A DNA stretch of 64,000 nt from Occultella glacieicola (GTDB lineage: Bacteria; Actinomycetota; Actinomycetes; Actinomycetales; Beutenbergiaceae). Of the stretch, positions 42,402 through 51,882 are shown one piece after another. The notes below the pieces were generated by a model that did no database searches, was not told the DNA's origin, and was given only the letters and a program-made list of their open reading frames with translations. The position numbers and the translations under genes are program-made. The stretch is taken from NCBI RefSeq assembly GCF_004353825.1, contig NZ_SMNA01000008.1, positions 1 through 64,000 of the forward strand, written 5' to 3'. Positions within the stretch are counted from its first letter, which is position 1. Every line of letters starts with the position of its first letter.

Positions 42402-43886
42402 TCAGCGCTGCACGTCGTCGAAGGAGCTGAGCGAGACGTCGTAGTCCTTCGCTCCGACGGGGTACATCGACGCCATCCAGTGGTAGAAGTTGTCTCCCCG
42501 CTCGCGCAGCTGGATGTACAGCCGCCGGAGCAGGCTGTTGCGAACCTGTTCGAGTTCGGGATGGGCGTAGCGGTTCTGCAACTCGTCGGGGTCATCGACG
42601 AGGTCGTACAACTCGTTGACCGACTCGGGATTGACGACGATCTTGTACCGGTCGGTCACGAGCATGCGCTGCGGGTAGGGAAAGTGATGCCCGTGGAACT
42701 CGAGCACGAGATCGTCGCGCCACACCGGTTGCTCGCCGCGTACGACGGGCGCCAGGCTGGTGCCATCCACCGCCTGGGAGCTGTCCAGCCCGGCGACGTC
42801 GAGGATCGTCGCCGTCAGGTCGAGCAGGGACGCGAAGTGATCCGCGACCTGCGGCTCGTGGCCACCGGGCAGCCGGACCACGCCGGGGACACGGTAGATG
42901 TCCTCGTAGGCCGCAGGGCCCTTGTCATGAAGCCGGTGCGCACCCGTGAACTCGCCGTGGTCGGCGCTGAAGAACACCGCGGACTCGTCGTAGACCCCGA
43001 GCTCCTTCGCCACCTCGACGATCCGGCCGATCTGTTCGTCGATCATCGTGACGTACCCCCAGTAGGCCGCGATGAGCTTCTTCGACGTCGCCGTCGAGAG
43101 CGTGTCGAAGGTCCAGTGCGCCGAGTAGTTGGCCTGCACCGGCGGCTTGTTCGCGAACGTCTCGGCCACCGACTTCGGCAGCGTGATCGCCTCCGGGTCG
43201 TACATGTCGAAGTAGTGCGAGGGAATGTTGTACGGCAGGTGCGGTCCGAAGAAGTGGGTCGCCAGGAAGAACGGTCGGCCCGCGGTCTCGTGCTCCGCGG
43301 CGTATGAACGCAGCAGGCCGATCGCACGCTCGGCGAGGAAGTACTCGAACGTGGCCTCGAGCGGCTGGTCCAGGCGGGCCGCGAGCAGGTTGCCCGGCGT
43401 GCCGTTGGGGAAGGTGCCGCGGATCTCGTCGGTGAGCGCGTACGGCGGCAGATCGTGCTCGTCCAAGTAGGCGACGTAGTCCGCGTGGTCGACCGGGTTG
43501 TGCCAGCCGTGCATCGGGATTCCGTCGAAGCCGTAGTCGTGCTGGGTGCGGTGCAGCCCCACGTGCCACTTGCCGATGAGGCCGACGTTGTAGTCGGCAT
43601 CGCGCAGCGCCCGGCTGAAGGTGAACTGATCGTCGGCGAGCTCGTCCCGATAGCCCACGTTGCGCTCGTAGTTCGCCAGGAGCTGGTGCCGGAACGGTGC
43701 GGCTCCCGTCAGCAGGCTCGCGCGGGCGGGGGTGCAGATCGCCGTCGGCGTGTAGAACCGTCGGAAGGTCGAGCCCTCGGCGGCGATCGCGTCCAGGACC
43801 GGGGTCGAGACGACGTCGTTGCCGTAGCAACCCAGCGTGTCGATGCGGTGCTGATCGGTGAGGAAGAAGAGGATGTTCGCCGTCAC
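42402..43886 (-). CDS. Cys-type (S1) sulfatase
   Basis: DQHR, CTPARASLLTG, GKWH and ADHG motifs. Confidence 0.95.
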   Translation of the reverse strand: MTANILFFLTDQHRIDTLGCYGNDVVSTPVLDAIAAEGSTFRRFYTPTAICTPARASLLTGAAPFRHQLLANYERNVGYRDELADDQFTFSRALRDADYNVGLIGKWHVGLHRTQHDYGFDGIPMHGWHNPVDHADYVAYLDEHDLPPYALTDEIRGTFPNGTPGNLLAARLDQPLEATFEYFLAERAIGLLRSYAAEHETAGRPFFLATHFFGPHLPYNIPSHYFDMYDPEAITLPKSVAETFANKPPVQANYSAHWTFDTLSTATSKKLIAAYWGYVTMIDEQIGRIVEVAKELGVYDESAVFFSADHGEFTGAHRLHDKGPAAYEDIYRVPGVVRLPGGHEPQVADHFASLLDLTATILDVAGLDSSQAVDGTSLAPVVRGEQPVWRDDLVLEFHGHHFPYPQRMLVTDRYKIVVNPESVNELYDLVDDPDELQNRYAHPELEQVRNSLLRRLYIQLRERGDNFYHWMASMYPVGAKDYDVSLSSFDDVQR

Positions 43887-45058
43887 GCGGTCCGCGCCCC
43901 CTCGTGTGAGGCGGTCGCGGAGGTCGGGCGGGGGCCGACCGGGATCGTGCGGTCACGCAGCACGAGTGCGACGCTGCCCAGCGCGCCGTCGAGACTGCCG
44001 AGCTGTGCGACGTGGATCTGCAGGCTCTCGGCGGTGCGCGCGTTCACGTGGCGCACGATCGTCTGCCGCACCGCGCGGACCAGATACTCACCGGCCTCGG
44101 AGAGTGCGCCACCGAGAACGATCGAGGACAGGTCGAGGACCGTGCAGGCGTTCGCCAGCACCAGTCCGATACGCGCGCCGGCGTCCGCGATGACCGCATG
44201 GGCCCGGGACTCGGAACGGTCCAGCGCATCCACCAGATCCTCGACGGACGCCCTTCCCGCTCGGCGAAGGACTGCTCCCATGCCGACGTACGACTCCAGG
44301 CACCCGCGGTTCGAGCACCGGCACACCGGTCCGTTGGGGTCCAGGCACACGTGCCCGAACTCGCCGGCGGACCCGGTGTTGCCCAGGCGCGGTTCGTCAT
44401 CGATGATCAGCAACCCGCCGACGCCCTCGGCAAGGCGCATGTAGATGAGGTCATGCATGTCCTGCCCGGCCCCCCAGGAGAACTCGGCGAGCCCGGCGAG
44501 CCGTGCGTTGTTCTCCGTGCGGATCGGAACCCGGTAACTCTCCGTCAAGCGCTGCTCGAGCGCGGCCAGCACGCCCGCGCGACCCGAGATCGCCCCCGGC
44601 ACACCGACACCGATGGCGCGCAACGGCGACGAGGCGGAGCCCGGGCCGACCAGTTCGCGGACGAAGCCGGTCGCAGTCGCGGAGCGCCGTTCCCACGGCT
44701 CCTCCTTGCCGTGGTCGAGCATGCGCGAACCCAGGACCCGGTGGGTGATGTCGCACGCCACGACGGTCACCCGGGTGTGGCTGAACTCGACTCCGACGAT
44801 CACGCCCGTGGCCGGGTTCAGGGTCAGGTGCTCCGGGGTGCGTCCAACCCGTAGGCCCGCGGTGGGGGGTTGCGCGAGGACCACGAGCCCGGCGCTCCGC
44901 AGGTCCGAGGTGATCTCCGAGATCGTCGCGCGGGATAATCCGGTGCCCTCCGCGATCTGGGCTCGGCTCGCGCCACCACGCACTCGGAGCAGATCGAGCA
45001 CCTGCGCTTCGTGATGCACCCGCCGCGATCGGCGTGACGCTGCTATCGGCTTCGACAC
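43883..45058 (-). CDS. ROK-family transcriptional regulator
   Basis: N-terminal HTH; ENNA; GEFGH...CRCSNRGCLE zinc motif. Confidence 0.95.
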   Translation of the reverse strand: MSKPIAASRRSRRVHHEAQVLDLLRVRGGASRAQIAEGTGLSRATISEITSDLRSAGLVVLAQPPTAGLRVGRTPEHLTLNPATGVIVGVEFSHTRVTVVACDITHRVLGSRMLDHGKEEPWERRSATATGFVRELVGPGSASSPLRAIGVGVPGAISGRAGVLAALEQRLTESYRVPIRTENNARLAGLAEFSWGAGQDMHDLIYMRLAEGVGGLLIIDDEPRLGNTGSAGEFGHVCLDPNGPVCRCSNRGCLESYVGMGAVLRRAGRASVEDLVDALDRSESRAHAVIADAGARIGLVLANACTVLDLSSIVLGGALSEAGEYLVRAVRQTIVRHVNARTAESLQIHVAQLGSLDGALGSVALVLRDRTIPVGPRPTSATASHEGARTA

Positions 45059-45085
45059 GGGACCAGCGTGGAAGGGGCCACCTCA

Positions 45086-45107
45086 TTGCGTCAACAGCTT
45101 GACGCAA
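45086..45107. promoter_or_regulatory. Perfect inverted repeat, probable ROK operator
   Basis: TTGCGTCAA-cagc-TTGACGCAA just upstream of the ROK gene. Confidence 0.75.
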
Positions 45108-45266
45108 CTTCTGCATGAACTCGACAAAATTAGACAGAACGACAGAACGCGGCCGTGTGCTCCCTTCGACAGTGCGTGTCATCCCGCACTCGGCGCCGGA
45201 TCTTTGGTTGAGTAGAGCCGACAGGCTTGTCTCGGCACGCCTGACGCGAGAGGACAACCAACAATC

Positions 45267-47987
45267 ATGGCGACCCGTACGACTTCCCCCGGACGGTCCG
45301 CCTCACCAGGACGCAAGAAGGGTTCGCCGAGCACGGCTCGGGCGGGCTCGACCTCGCGTTCCGGCGGGAGTGGGCGTAGTAAGCAGCCGGTGCAGCAGCA
45401 CCAGTCACCGCTGCCCGTGCGCATGGTGCGCGGGATCTGGATGGGGCTCGCCCACCTAGTCGGAGGGACGGCGCGCAGCATCGGATCCGGAGCCCGTAAC
45501 CTCGACCCCGCCCTCCGCCGGGACGGCATCGCCTTCCTGCTGCTCGCGCTCGCCGTGATCGTCGCCGTGCGTGAGTGGTTCGGGCTGTCCGGCGCCGCCG
45601 GGGAGATCGTGCACGCCGCGGCCGCCGGCCTCGTCGGCGTCCTCGCCATCGCGATCCCCGTGATCCTCGTCGGCATCGCGGTACGCCTCATGCGCCACCC
45701 GGAGCGCAAGGAGGTCAACGGCCGCGTGTTCATCGGCCTCAGTGCGATCACCGTCGCGGTCTGCGGCCTGGTCCATGTGGCCTCCGACCTGCCCGCGCCG
45801 CCGGCCTGGCAGGACGTCTTCGCCGCGGGAGGGCTGATCGGCTTCGTCGCCGCGAACCCGCTCTCGGCTGCCCTCACCGTCTGGGTGACCGTGCCGTTGC
45901 TCGTACTGTTGGCATTCTTCGGCCTCCTGGTCGTGACGGCCACACCGGTCGCCGCCATCCCGCGCCGGATCCGCCAGGGTGTGGACTGGGTCACCGGTGC
46001 GGACATCGACGCGCGGGCCGGCGACGACGCACCGGACGGCGACCACGACCCGGACGCGACCGAGAAGCTGGAGGGCCGCCCCCGCCGTCGGAGGTCGAAG
46101 GCGAAGGAGACGACCACCGCCGCTGCCGAGCCCGGCGCCTACACCGGCGACGAGGCGTTCGCCCACCCGCACGAGACCGAACCCGGCGACGCGCCGGAAC
46201 CGGCGCCGCGTGGCCGCAAACCGCGGGCGGGCAAACCGGCACCGGAACCGGCCGCCGTCGGGCCCGTCGACGAACCGGCCGAGGACCCGGGTGCGCCGGA
46301 GGACCTGGTCGCCCCGCCCACTCAGGCCCTGCCGGCCCGCGCCGAGCAGCTCGTCCTGGACCCGGGCCTGACCTACACGCTGCCCGGCGACGAGGCGCTC
46401 GTCCAGGGTGCGCCGCACAAGCTGCGTTCGCCCGCGAACGACCGCGTCGTCGAGGCGCTGACCACCGTGCTCACCGACTTCGGCGTCGACGCCCAGGTGA
46501 CCGGCTTCACCCGCGGTCCGACCGTCACCCGCTACGAGGTGGAGCTCGGTTCCGGGGTCAAGGTGGAGCGGGTCACCGCACTCAGCAAGAACATCGCCTA
46601 CGCCGTCGCGAGCGCGGACGTGCGGATCCTCTCGCCGATCCCGGGCAAGAAGGCCATCGGCATCGAGATCCCGAACGCCGACCGCGAGACCGTGGTCCTC
46701 GGTGACGTGCTCCGGTCCCCGGTGGCCCGCCGCAACGAGCACCCGATGGTGATCGGCGTCGGCAAGGACGTCGAGGGCGGCTACGTGGTCGCGAACCTCG
46801 CGAAGATGCCGCACATCCTGGTCGCGGGTGCCACCGGCGCCGGCAAGTCCTCGTTCGTGAACTCGATGATCACGTCGATCATGATGCGGGCCACCCCCGA
46901 GGAGGTGCGGATGGTGCTGGTCGACCCGAAGCGGGTCGAGCTGACCATCTACGAGGGCATCCCGCACCTGATCACCCCGATCATCACCAACCCGAAGAAG
47001 GCCGCCGAGGCCCTGGAGTGGGTGGTCCGGGAGATGGACGCCCGCTACGACGACCTGGCCGCGTTCGGGTACAAGCACATCGACGACTTCAACGCCGGGG
47101 TCCGCAACGGCAAGGTCAAGCCGCTGCCGGGTAGCGAACGCAAGATCGCGCCGTACCCGTACCTGCTGGTGGTGGTCGACGAGCTCGCCGACCTCATGAT
47201 GGTGGCCCCGCGGGACGTGGAGGCCTCGATCCAGCGGATCACCCAGCTCGCCCGCGCCGCCGGCATCCACCTGGTGCTGGCCACCCAGCGCCCGAGCGTG
47301 GACGTGGTCACGGGGCTGATCAAGGCGAACGTGCCGTCCCGGCTCGCGTTCGCGACCTCCTCGCTCGCGGACTCCCGGGTGGTCCTGGACCAGCCGGGCG
47401 CGGAGAAGCTGATCGGTCAGGGCGACGCCCTGTTCCTGCCGATGGGTGCCTCCAAGCCGATGCGCGTGCAGGGTGCCTGGGTCAGCGAGACCGAGGTGCA
47501 CGCCGTCGTCGAACACGTGAAGGGCCAACTCAAGCCCACCTACCGCGAGGACATCGTGGTGTCCGCGGCGAAGAAGCAGGTGGACGAGGACATCGGCGAC
47601 GATCTCGACCTGCTGCTGCAGGCGGCCGAGCTGGTGGTCACCACCCAGTTCGGGTCGACCTCGATGCTGCAGCGCAAGCTGCGCGTCGGGTTCGCCAAGG
47701 CCGGCCGGCTGATGGACCTGCTGGAGTCCCGCGAGATCGTCGGGCCATCGGAGGGCTCCAAGGCCCGCGACGTGCTGGTCCAGCCCGACGACCTGCCCGC
47801 CACGCTCGCGCTCCTGCGCGGCGAGAGCCCGGCCCCCGCCGCCGAGGATGACGAGCCGGTCTACGACGCCGGTCCCGAGGACCTCGTGGCCGCCGACCTC
47901 GACGACCGCGAGGAGGCCGTGGACTACTACGACTCCGACGACGACGACGACTCCGAGGACGCCTGGGACCTCACCAACCGGACCTGA
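45267..47987 (+). CDS. ftsK: DNA translocase FtsK
   Basis: N-terminal TM region; GATGAGKS, VVDELADLM, ATQRPS; gamma domain STSMLQRKLRVGFAKA. Confidence 0.98.
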   Translation: MATRTTSPGRSASPGRKKGSPSTARAGSTSRSGGSGRSKQPVQQHQSPLPVRMVRGIWMGLAHLVGGTARSIGSGARNLDPALRRDGIAFLLLALAVIVAVREWFGLSGAAGEIVHAAAAGLVGVLAIAIPVILVGIAVRLMRHPERKEVNGRVFIGLSAITVAVCGLVHVASDLPAPPAWQDVFAAGGLIGFVAANPLSAALTVWVTVPLLVLLAFFGLLVVTATPVAAIPRRIRQGVDWVTGADIDARAGDDAPDGDHDPDATEKLEGRPRRRRSKAKETTTAAAEPGAYTGDEAFAHPHETEPGDAPEPAPRGRKPRAGKPAPEPAAVGPVDEPAEDPGAPEDLVAPPTQALPARAEQLVLDPGLTYTLPGDEALVQGAPHKLRSPANDRVVEALTTVLTDFGVDAQVTGFTRGPTVTRYEVELGSGVKVERVTALSKNIAYAVASADVRILSPIPGKKAIGIEIPNADRETVVLGDVLRSPVARRNEHPMVIGVGKDVEGGYVVANLAKMPHILVAGATGAGKSSFVNSMITSIMMRATPEEVRMVLVDPKRVELTIYEGIPHLITPIITNPKKAAEALEWVVREMDARYDDLAAFGYKHIDDFNAGVRNGKVKPLPGSERKIAPYPYLLVVVDELADLMMVAPRDVEASIQRITQLARAAGIHLVLATQRPSVDVVTGLIKANVPSRLAFATSSLADSRVVLDQPGAEKLIGQGDALFLPMGASKPMRVQGAWVSETEVHAVVEHVKGQLKPTYREDIVVSAAKKQVDEDIGDDLDLLLQAAELVVTTQFGSTSMLQRKLRVGFAKAGRLMDLLESREIVGPSEGSKARDVLVQPDDLPATLALLRGESPAPAAEDDEPVYDAGPEDLVAADLDDREEAVDYYDSDDDDDSEDAWDLTNRT

Positions 47988-47993
47988 GGCCGC

Positions 47994-49328
47994 TCAGGAC
48001 CGGGGCACCACCACGGCGTCATCACCGGTCGGCGTTGGCGGCTCGATCCGCTCAGGGAACTCGGCGCCGGTCGAGTTCACCATCACCTGCTCCACGAGCT
48101 CCTGCCGGTTCGCCAGGGTGCCGGAGGACAGCGTCAGGCCCGACGGCGTGTCCCCGGCCAGCAGCGCGGGCAGCGGGTAGACCCGCTGGGCGCCGACCCG
48201 GTCCACGGTCATCGGGGTCCACTCCAGGCCGGTCACCCGGGCCGGGCCGTCGGCGGGCTTGACCACGGTCGCGGTCAGGAACAGCCCGGTGCCGGTCTGC
48301 GGGACGCAGCACAGGTCGTCCTGGTTGGAGATGAAGTTCCCCAACGAGTACGCGACCCACATGCCCGAGCCGTCCGGTCCGCCGTCGAGCAGTGCCATCG
48401 GCTGCGGCACGTGCGGATGGTTGCCGATGATCAGGTCCACCTGCCCCGAGGCGGCGAGCGCCTCGGCGACCTCGACCTGGTCGTCGGCGGGGGAGTTCTG
48501 GTACTCGTACCCCCAGTGGAGCGTCGCCACCACCAGGTCCGCGCCGGCCTCGCGGGCCGCGGTCGCCTGCGCGATCAGCGCGCCGGAGTCGATGAGCGTG
48601 ACCGACCACGGGGCGTCGGCCGGGATCGGCAGGCCGTTCGTGCCGTAGGTGGCGCCGATCTGCGCGACTCGGATCGTCTGGCCCTCCCGCTCGAGTTCGT
48701 AGATCTGCGGCGCGAGTTCCTCCTGCTCGCTCCGGGCCGAGCCGGCGTGGCCCAGGCCCGCCTCGTCGAAGGTGTCGAGGGTGTAGGCGAGGTTGTCGTA
48801 GCCGCGGTCGAGGGAGTGGTTCGTGCCGGTGGAGCACCCGTCCCAGCCGAGGTCGGCGAGGTTGCCCGCGATCTCGGTGGGCGCGCCGAACAGCGGATAG
48901 CCCGACGGCGTCTCGTCCGGCAGCGAGAGGGGCACCTCCATGTTGCACAGGGCGAGGTCCACGCCCGCGCTCCACGGGCGGGTCGCCTCGAGCAGCGGCG
49001 TGAAGTCGTAACCGCCGTCGATCCGGGCGTTGCGGATCACCGTGTCGTGCGGCAGCACGTCGCCGGCGGCGCCGATCGTGAACACGGCGTCCGGCTGTGG
49101 GGTCGGCGTCGGCTCTGGCGTAGCGGTCGGCTGGCTCGTGGTGCTCGGCTCGCCGGGGTCTGTGGTCGGCTCCGCGGCGGGGTCGGCAGGGCCGTCGGAG
49201 TTCCACGGCTGCCACGCCGCCAGGGCTCCGCCCGCGGTGACGCTGAGGATCAGGATCACCAGGATGGCGGGCAGCGGGAGGCCTCGGCGGCGTCGCTTGC
49301 GTCGCCGCGTGGCGGGGGTCTCGGGCAC
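47994..49328 (-). CDS. CapA/PGA_cap-family metallophosphoesterase-like membrane-anchored protein
   Basis: GDVL, NME, NHSLD, HWG.E, GNHPHV and YSLGNF motifs; N-terminal TM plus Pro/Thr linker. Confidence 0.9.
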   Translation of the reverse strand: MPETPATRRRKRRRRGLPLPAILVILILSVTAGGALAAWQPWNSDGPADPAAEPTTDPGEPSTTSQPTATPEPTPTPQPDAVFTIGAAGDVLPHDTVIRNARIDGGYDFTPLLEATRPWSAGVDLALCNMEVPLSLPDETPSGYPLFGAPTEIAGNLADLGWDGCSTGTNHSLDRGYDNLAYTLDTFDEAGLGHAGSARSEQEELAPQIYELEREGQTIRVAQIGATYGTNGLPIPADAPWSVTLIDSGALIAQATAAREAGADLVVATLHWGYEYQNSPADDQVEVAEALAASGQVDLIIGNHPHVPQPMALLDGGPDGSGMWVAYSLGNFISNQDDLCCVPQTGTGLFLTATVVKPADGPARVTGLEWTPMTVDRVGAQRVYPLPALLAGDTPSGLTLSSGTLANRQELVEQVMVNSTGAEFPERIEPPTPTGDDAVVVPRS

Positions 49329-49397
49329 CCGCAGATTCTATGTCGGGGCCGTGGGCGGGCCGCACCGGGGCCGGGGCCGGTCCCGTACCCTGATCGG

Positions 49398-50036
49398 GTG
49401 ACGAGTGAATCCCGGTCCAGCGATGAAGCGACCGCCGAGGTCTGGAACCTGCCCAACGTTCTGACGATGGTCCGGGTGGTTCTCGTCCCGGTCTTCGCGA
49501 TCCTGCTCTGGCAGGACTCGACGGCGGCCCGCATCGGCGCGCTCGCGGTGTTCCTGATCGCCGCCTACACCGACCGGCTCGACGGTCAGATCGCCCGCAG
49601 CCGAGGCATCGTCACGAACTTCGGCAAGATCGCCGATCCGTTCGCGGACAAGCTGCTGACCGGCACGGCGATGGTCATGCTCTCCGTCATCGACCCCGGA
49701 CTGATGCCATGGTGGGCCACGATCCTCATCCTGGTCCGCGAGATCGGTATCACCGTGCTCCGGTTCGTCATGGTGCGCCGCGGCGTTGTGATGCCCGCCT
49801 CCAAGGGCGGCAAGCTCAAAACGGTCCTGCAGATCGTGTTCATCTCGCTGATGCTGCTGACGGTCGCGCTGGCCGGGTTGGCGTTCGGTGACGTGCTGCG
49901 GATCGTCGCCTTCGTGATCATGCTCGCCGCCCTCGTGGTCACCGTGGTCACCGGCGTCGACTACTGCTGGAAGGCCTGGCAGTCCGCGCGGTCCGGTGCC
50001 GAGGGTGCCGCCGCGGCCGACGGTGATGCCCGCTGA
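49398..50036 (+). CDS. pgsA: CDP-diacylglycerol--glycerol-3-phosphate 3-phosphatidyltransferase
   Basis: NLPNVLT; TDRLDGQIAR...FGKIADPFADK. Confidence 0.96.
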   Translation: MTSESRSSDEATAEVWNLPNVLTMVRVVLVPVFAILLWQDSTAARIGALAVFLIAAYTDRLDGQIARSRGIVTNFGKIADPFADKLLTGTAMVMLSVIDPGLMPWWATILILVREIGITVLRFVMVRRGVVMPASKGGKLKTVLQIVFISLMLLTVALAGLAFGDVLRIVAFVIMLAALVVTVVTGVDYCWKAWQSARSGAEGAAAADGDAR

Positions 50037-50526
50037 CCGCACCGCCGCGATCCTCGCCCGCCTGATCGACGCAGGGCGCACCCTCGCGGTCGCGGAGTCC
50101 CTCACCGGTGGTGCGCTCGCGGCCGAGCTGGTCTCGGTCCCGGGGGTGTCCGCGGTGCTGCGCGGCGGGGTCGTGGCCTACGCGACCGACCTCAAGACCT
50201 CCGTGCTCGGCGTCGACGAGGACCTGCTCGCCGCCCACGGCCCCGTTCATCCGCAGGTCGCCCTCGAGATGGCCGACGGCGTCCGGGCGCGCCTCGGCGC
50301 AGACATCGGCCTGGGAACCACCGGGGTCGCCGGACCCGGACCCGCGGACGGCCGGCCGGCCGGCACCGTGTTCGTCGCGTGCACGACGCCCACCTGGCGC
50401 ACCGTGCGGGGCTATCACCTGGCCGGGACCCGACCCGCGGTCCGGTCCGCCACCGTGGCCCTCGCGCTCGCGCTGCTTCGTCAGGCCGGGGAACAAGTCG
50501 GGGACCGATCACGTTGGGACGAGTAA
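50026..50526 (+). CDS. cinA: CinA-family NMN deamidase (C-terminal domain only)
   Basis: AESLTGG and GTTGVAGP motifs; follows pgsA. Confidence 0.93.
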   Translation: MPADRTAAILARLIDAGRTLAVAESLTGGALAAELVSVPGVSAVLRGGVVAYATDLKTSVLGVDEDLLAAHGPVHPQVALEMADGVRARLGADIGLGTTGVAGPGPADGRPAGTVFVACTTPTWRTVRGYHLAGTRPAVRSATVALALALLRQAGEQVGDRSRWDE

Positions 50527-50684
50527 TGAAGCACAACATTGCGCCAGTGAACTCCCGGCCGGCGACCGGGGCCCCGAAGGGGCGAGGGCCGCATCGTTCG
50601 TCCACGATGCGCACGGCGCCCATCGCACCGGCGGGGTACGGTAGAACCACGGCAACGGCAACAGCGCGAGAGGAGGGACGCACC

Positions 50685-50996
50685 ATGGTGGTACTACGGC
50701 GTGAGATCGGTGATGTCCTTCGGGGCGCACGCCAACGCCAGGGACGCACTCTGCGCGAGGTGTCCTCGGCGGCACGGGTCTCGCTCGGCTACCTCTCGGA
50801 GGTCGAGCGGGGACAGAAGGAGGCCTCCTCGGAGTTGCTCTCCTCGATCTGCTCGGCTCTGAACATCCCACTCTCGGTGGTGCTGCGCGAGGTCTCCGAC
50901 CGCGTCGCACTCGTCGAGGGCATCGCGATCCCGGACACCATTCCCGCGGACTTCGCCTATCAGCTCGGTCGCGAAGAGGACCTCGCCACCGTCTGA
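50685..50996 (+). CDS. clgR: ClgR-like XRE transcriptional regulator
   Basis: [33 protein letters not shown]; syntenic after cinA. Confidence 0.9.
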   Translation: MVVLRREIGDVLRGARQRQGRTLREVSSAARVSLGYLSEVERGQKEASSELLSSICSALNIPLSVVLREVSDRVALVEGIAIPDTIPADFAYQLGREEDLATV

Positions 50997-51090
50997 TCCC
51001 CTCATCGTCTCGAACCGATGGCCCCGGCACTGCGCCGGGGCCATCGGCGTCTTCGCAGGTCGGTCGGACGGGAGGCACCGTCCCGCCGTC

Positions 51091-51876
51091 TCAGTCCGGT
51101 TGGCAGGTGGGGCAGTAGTAGGCGGGCCTGGTCATCGGTTCCACGCCGATCGGGGCGACGAGGATCGGGGTCCGGCAGCGCCGGCAGCCCCGGCCCTCGC
51201 GCCCGTGCACGTGCGTCGTGTATCCGGCCCGGGTGTCGCCGGTGGCCGTCAGCGCCGGGCCGTCCGCCGAGCGGCGCATCAGACGGTGGGCGGTCGCGAA
51301 GAGTTCGCGCCGCTCGCTCACACCCGAGACCGGCCGCCACGGGTTGACCCGGTGCCGCCACAATGTCTCGGCCAGGTAGATCGTGCCGATGCCGGCGGCC
51401 ACCGACTGGTCCAGGAGAGCCTCACCGATAGCTCGGTCCGGGTCTGTTCCCAGGTTCGCGACGGCGATGTCGAGGTTCGGTTCGTCGGCCATCAGGTCGG
51501 GGCCCAGATGCCGCAGCAGACCGTGCTCCTCGCGGGTGCGCACCAGGTCCATCATGCCCAGCTGCAGCCCGACGCAGGTCCACTGGTCCGTGCCGAGCAC
51601 GGCCCGGACGGTCGGGCGCCGCAGCGGTTCGGGCGGGTCCGCGGTGTGCCGGACCTGCCAGGTGCCGTCCATGCGCAGGTGGGTGTGCAGGGTGCGGCCG
51701 TCGTCCAGCCTGGTGAGCAGGTGCTTGCCGTAGGACACCGTGCCCACCGATCGCAGGCCGGTCAGGTCGTGCCCGGCAAGGCTGGGCCAGCGCAGTTCGC
51801 CGCGGACCAGGGGCCGGTCGCTCAGCGCGAGGCTGAGCCGTCGTGCCACCCGCAACAAGACATCGCCCTCAGGCAT
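51091..51876 (-). CDS. nei: Fpg/Nei-family DNA glycosylase
   Basis: MPEGD N-terminus; GKHL, HLRMDG, AGIGT motifs; zinc finger CRRC...CPTCQ. Confidence 0.95.
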   Translation of the reverse strand: MPEGDVLLRVARRLSLALSDRPLVRGELRWPSLAGHDLTGLRSVGTVSYGKHLLTRLDDGRTLHTHLRMDGTWQVRHTADPPEPLRRPTVRAVLGTDQWTCVGLQLGMMDLVRTREEHGLLRHLGPDLMADEPNLDIAVANLGTDPDRAIGEALLDQSVAAGIGTIYLAETLWRHRVNPWRPVSGVSERRELFATAHRLMRRSADGPALTATGDTRAGYTTHVHGREGRGCRRCRTPILVAPIGVEPMTRPAYYCPTCQPD

Positions 51877-51882
51877 CGAAGA

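Noticed and set aside
32394..45266. Insert as an active mobile element
   Set aside because: No integrase, transposase, tRNA or flanking direct repeats were seen; an apparent shift in codon usage was not quantified.
45267..47987. FtsK as the T7SS ATPase for the WXG100-like protein
   Set aside because: It has a single ATPase domain plus a gamma domain and canonical synteny, so it is the chromosome translocase.
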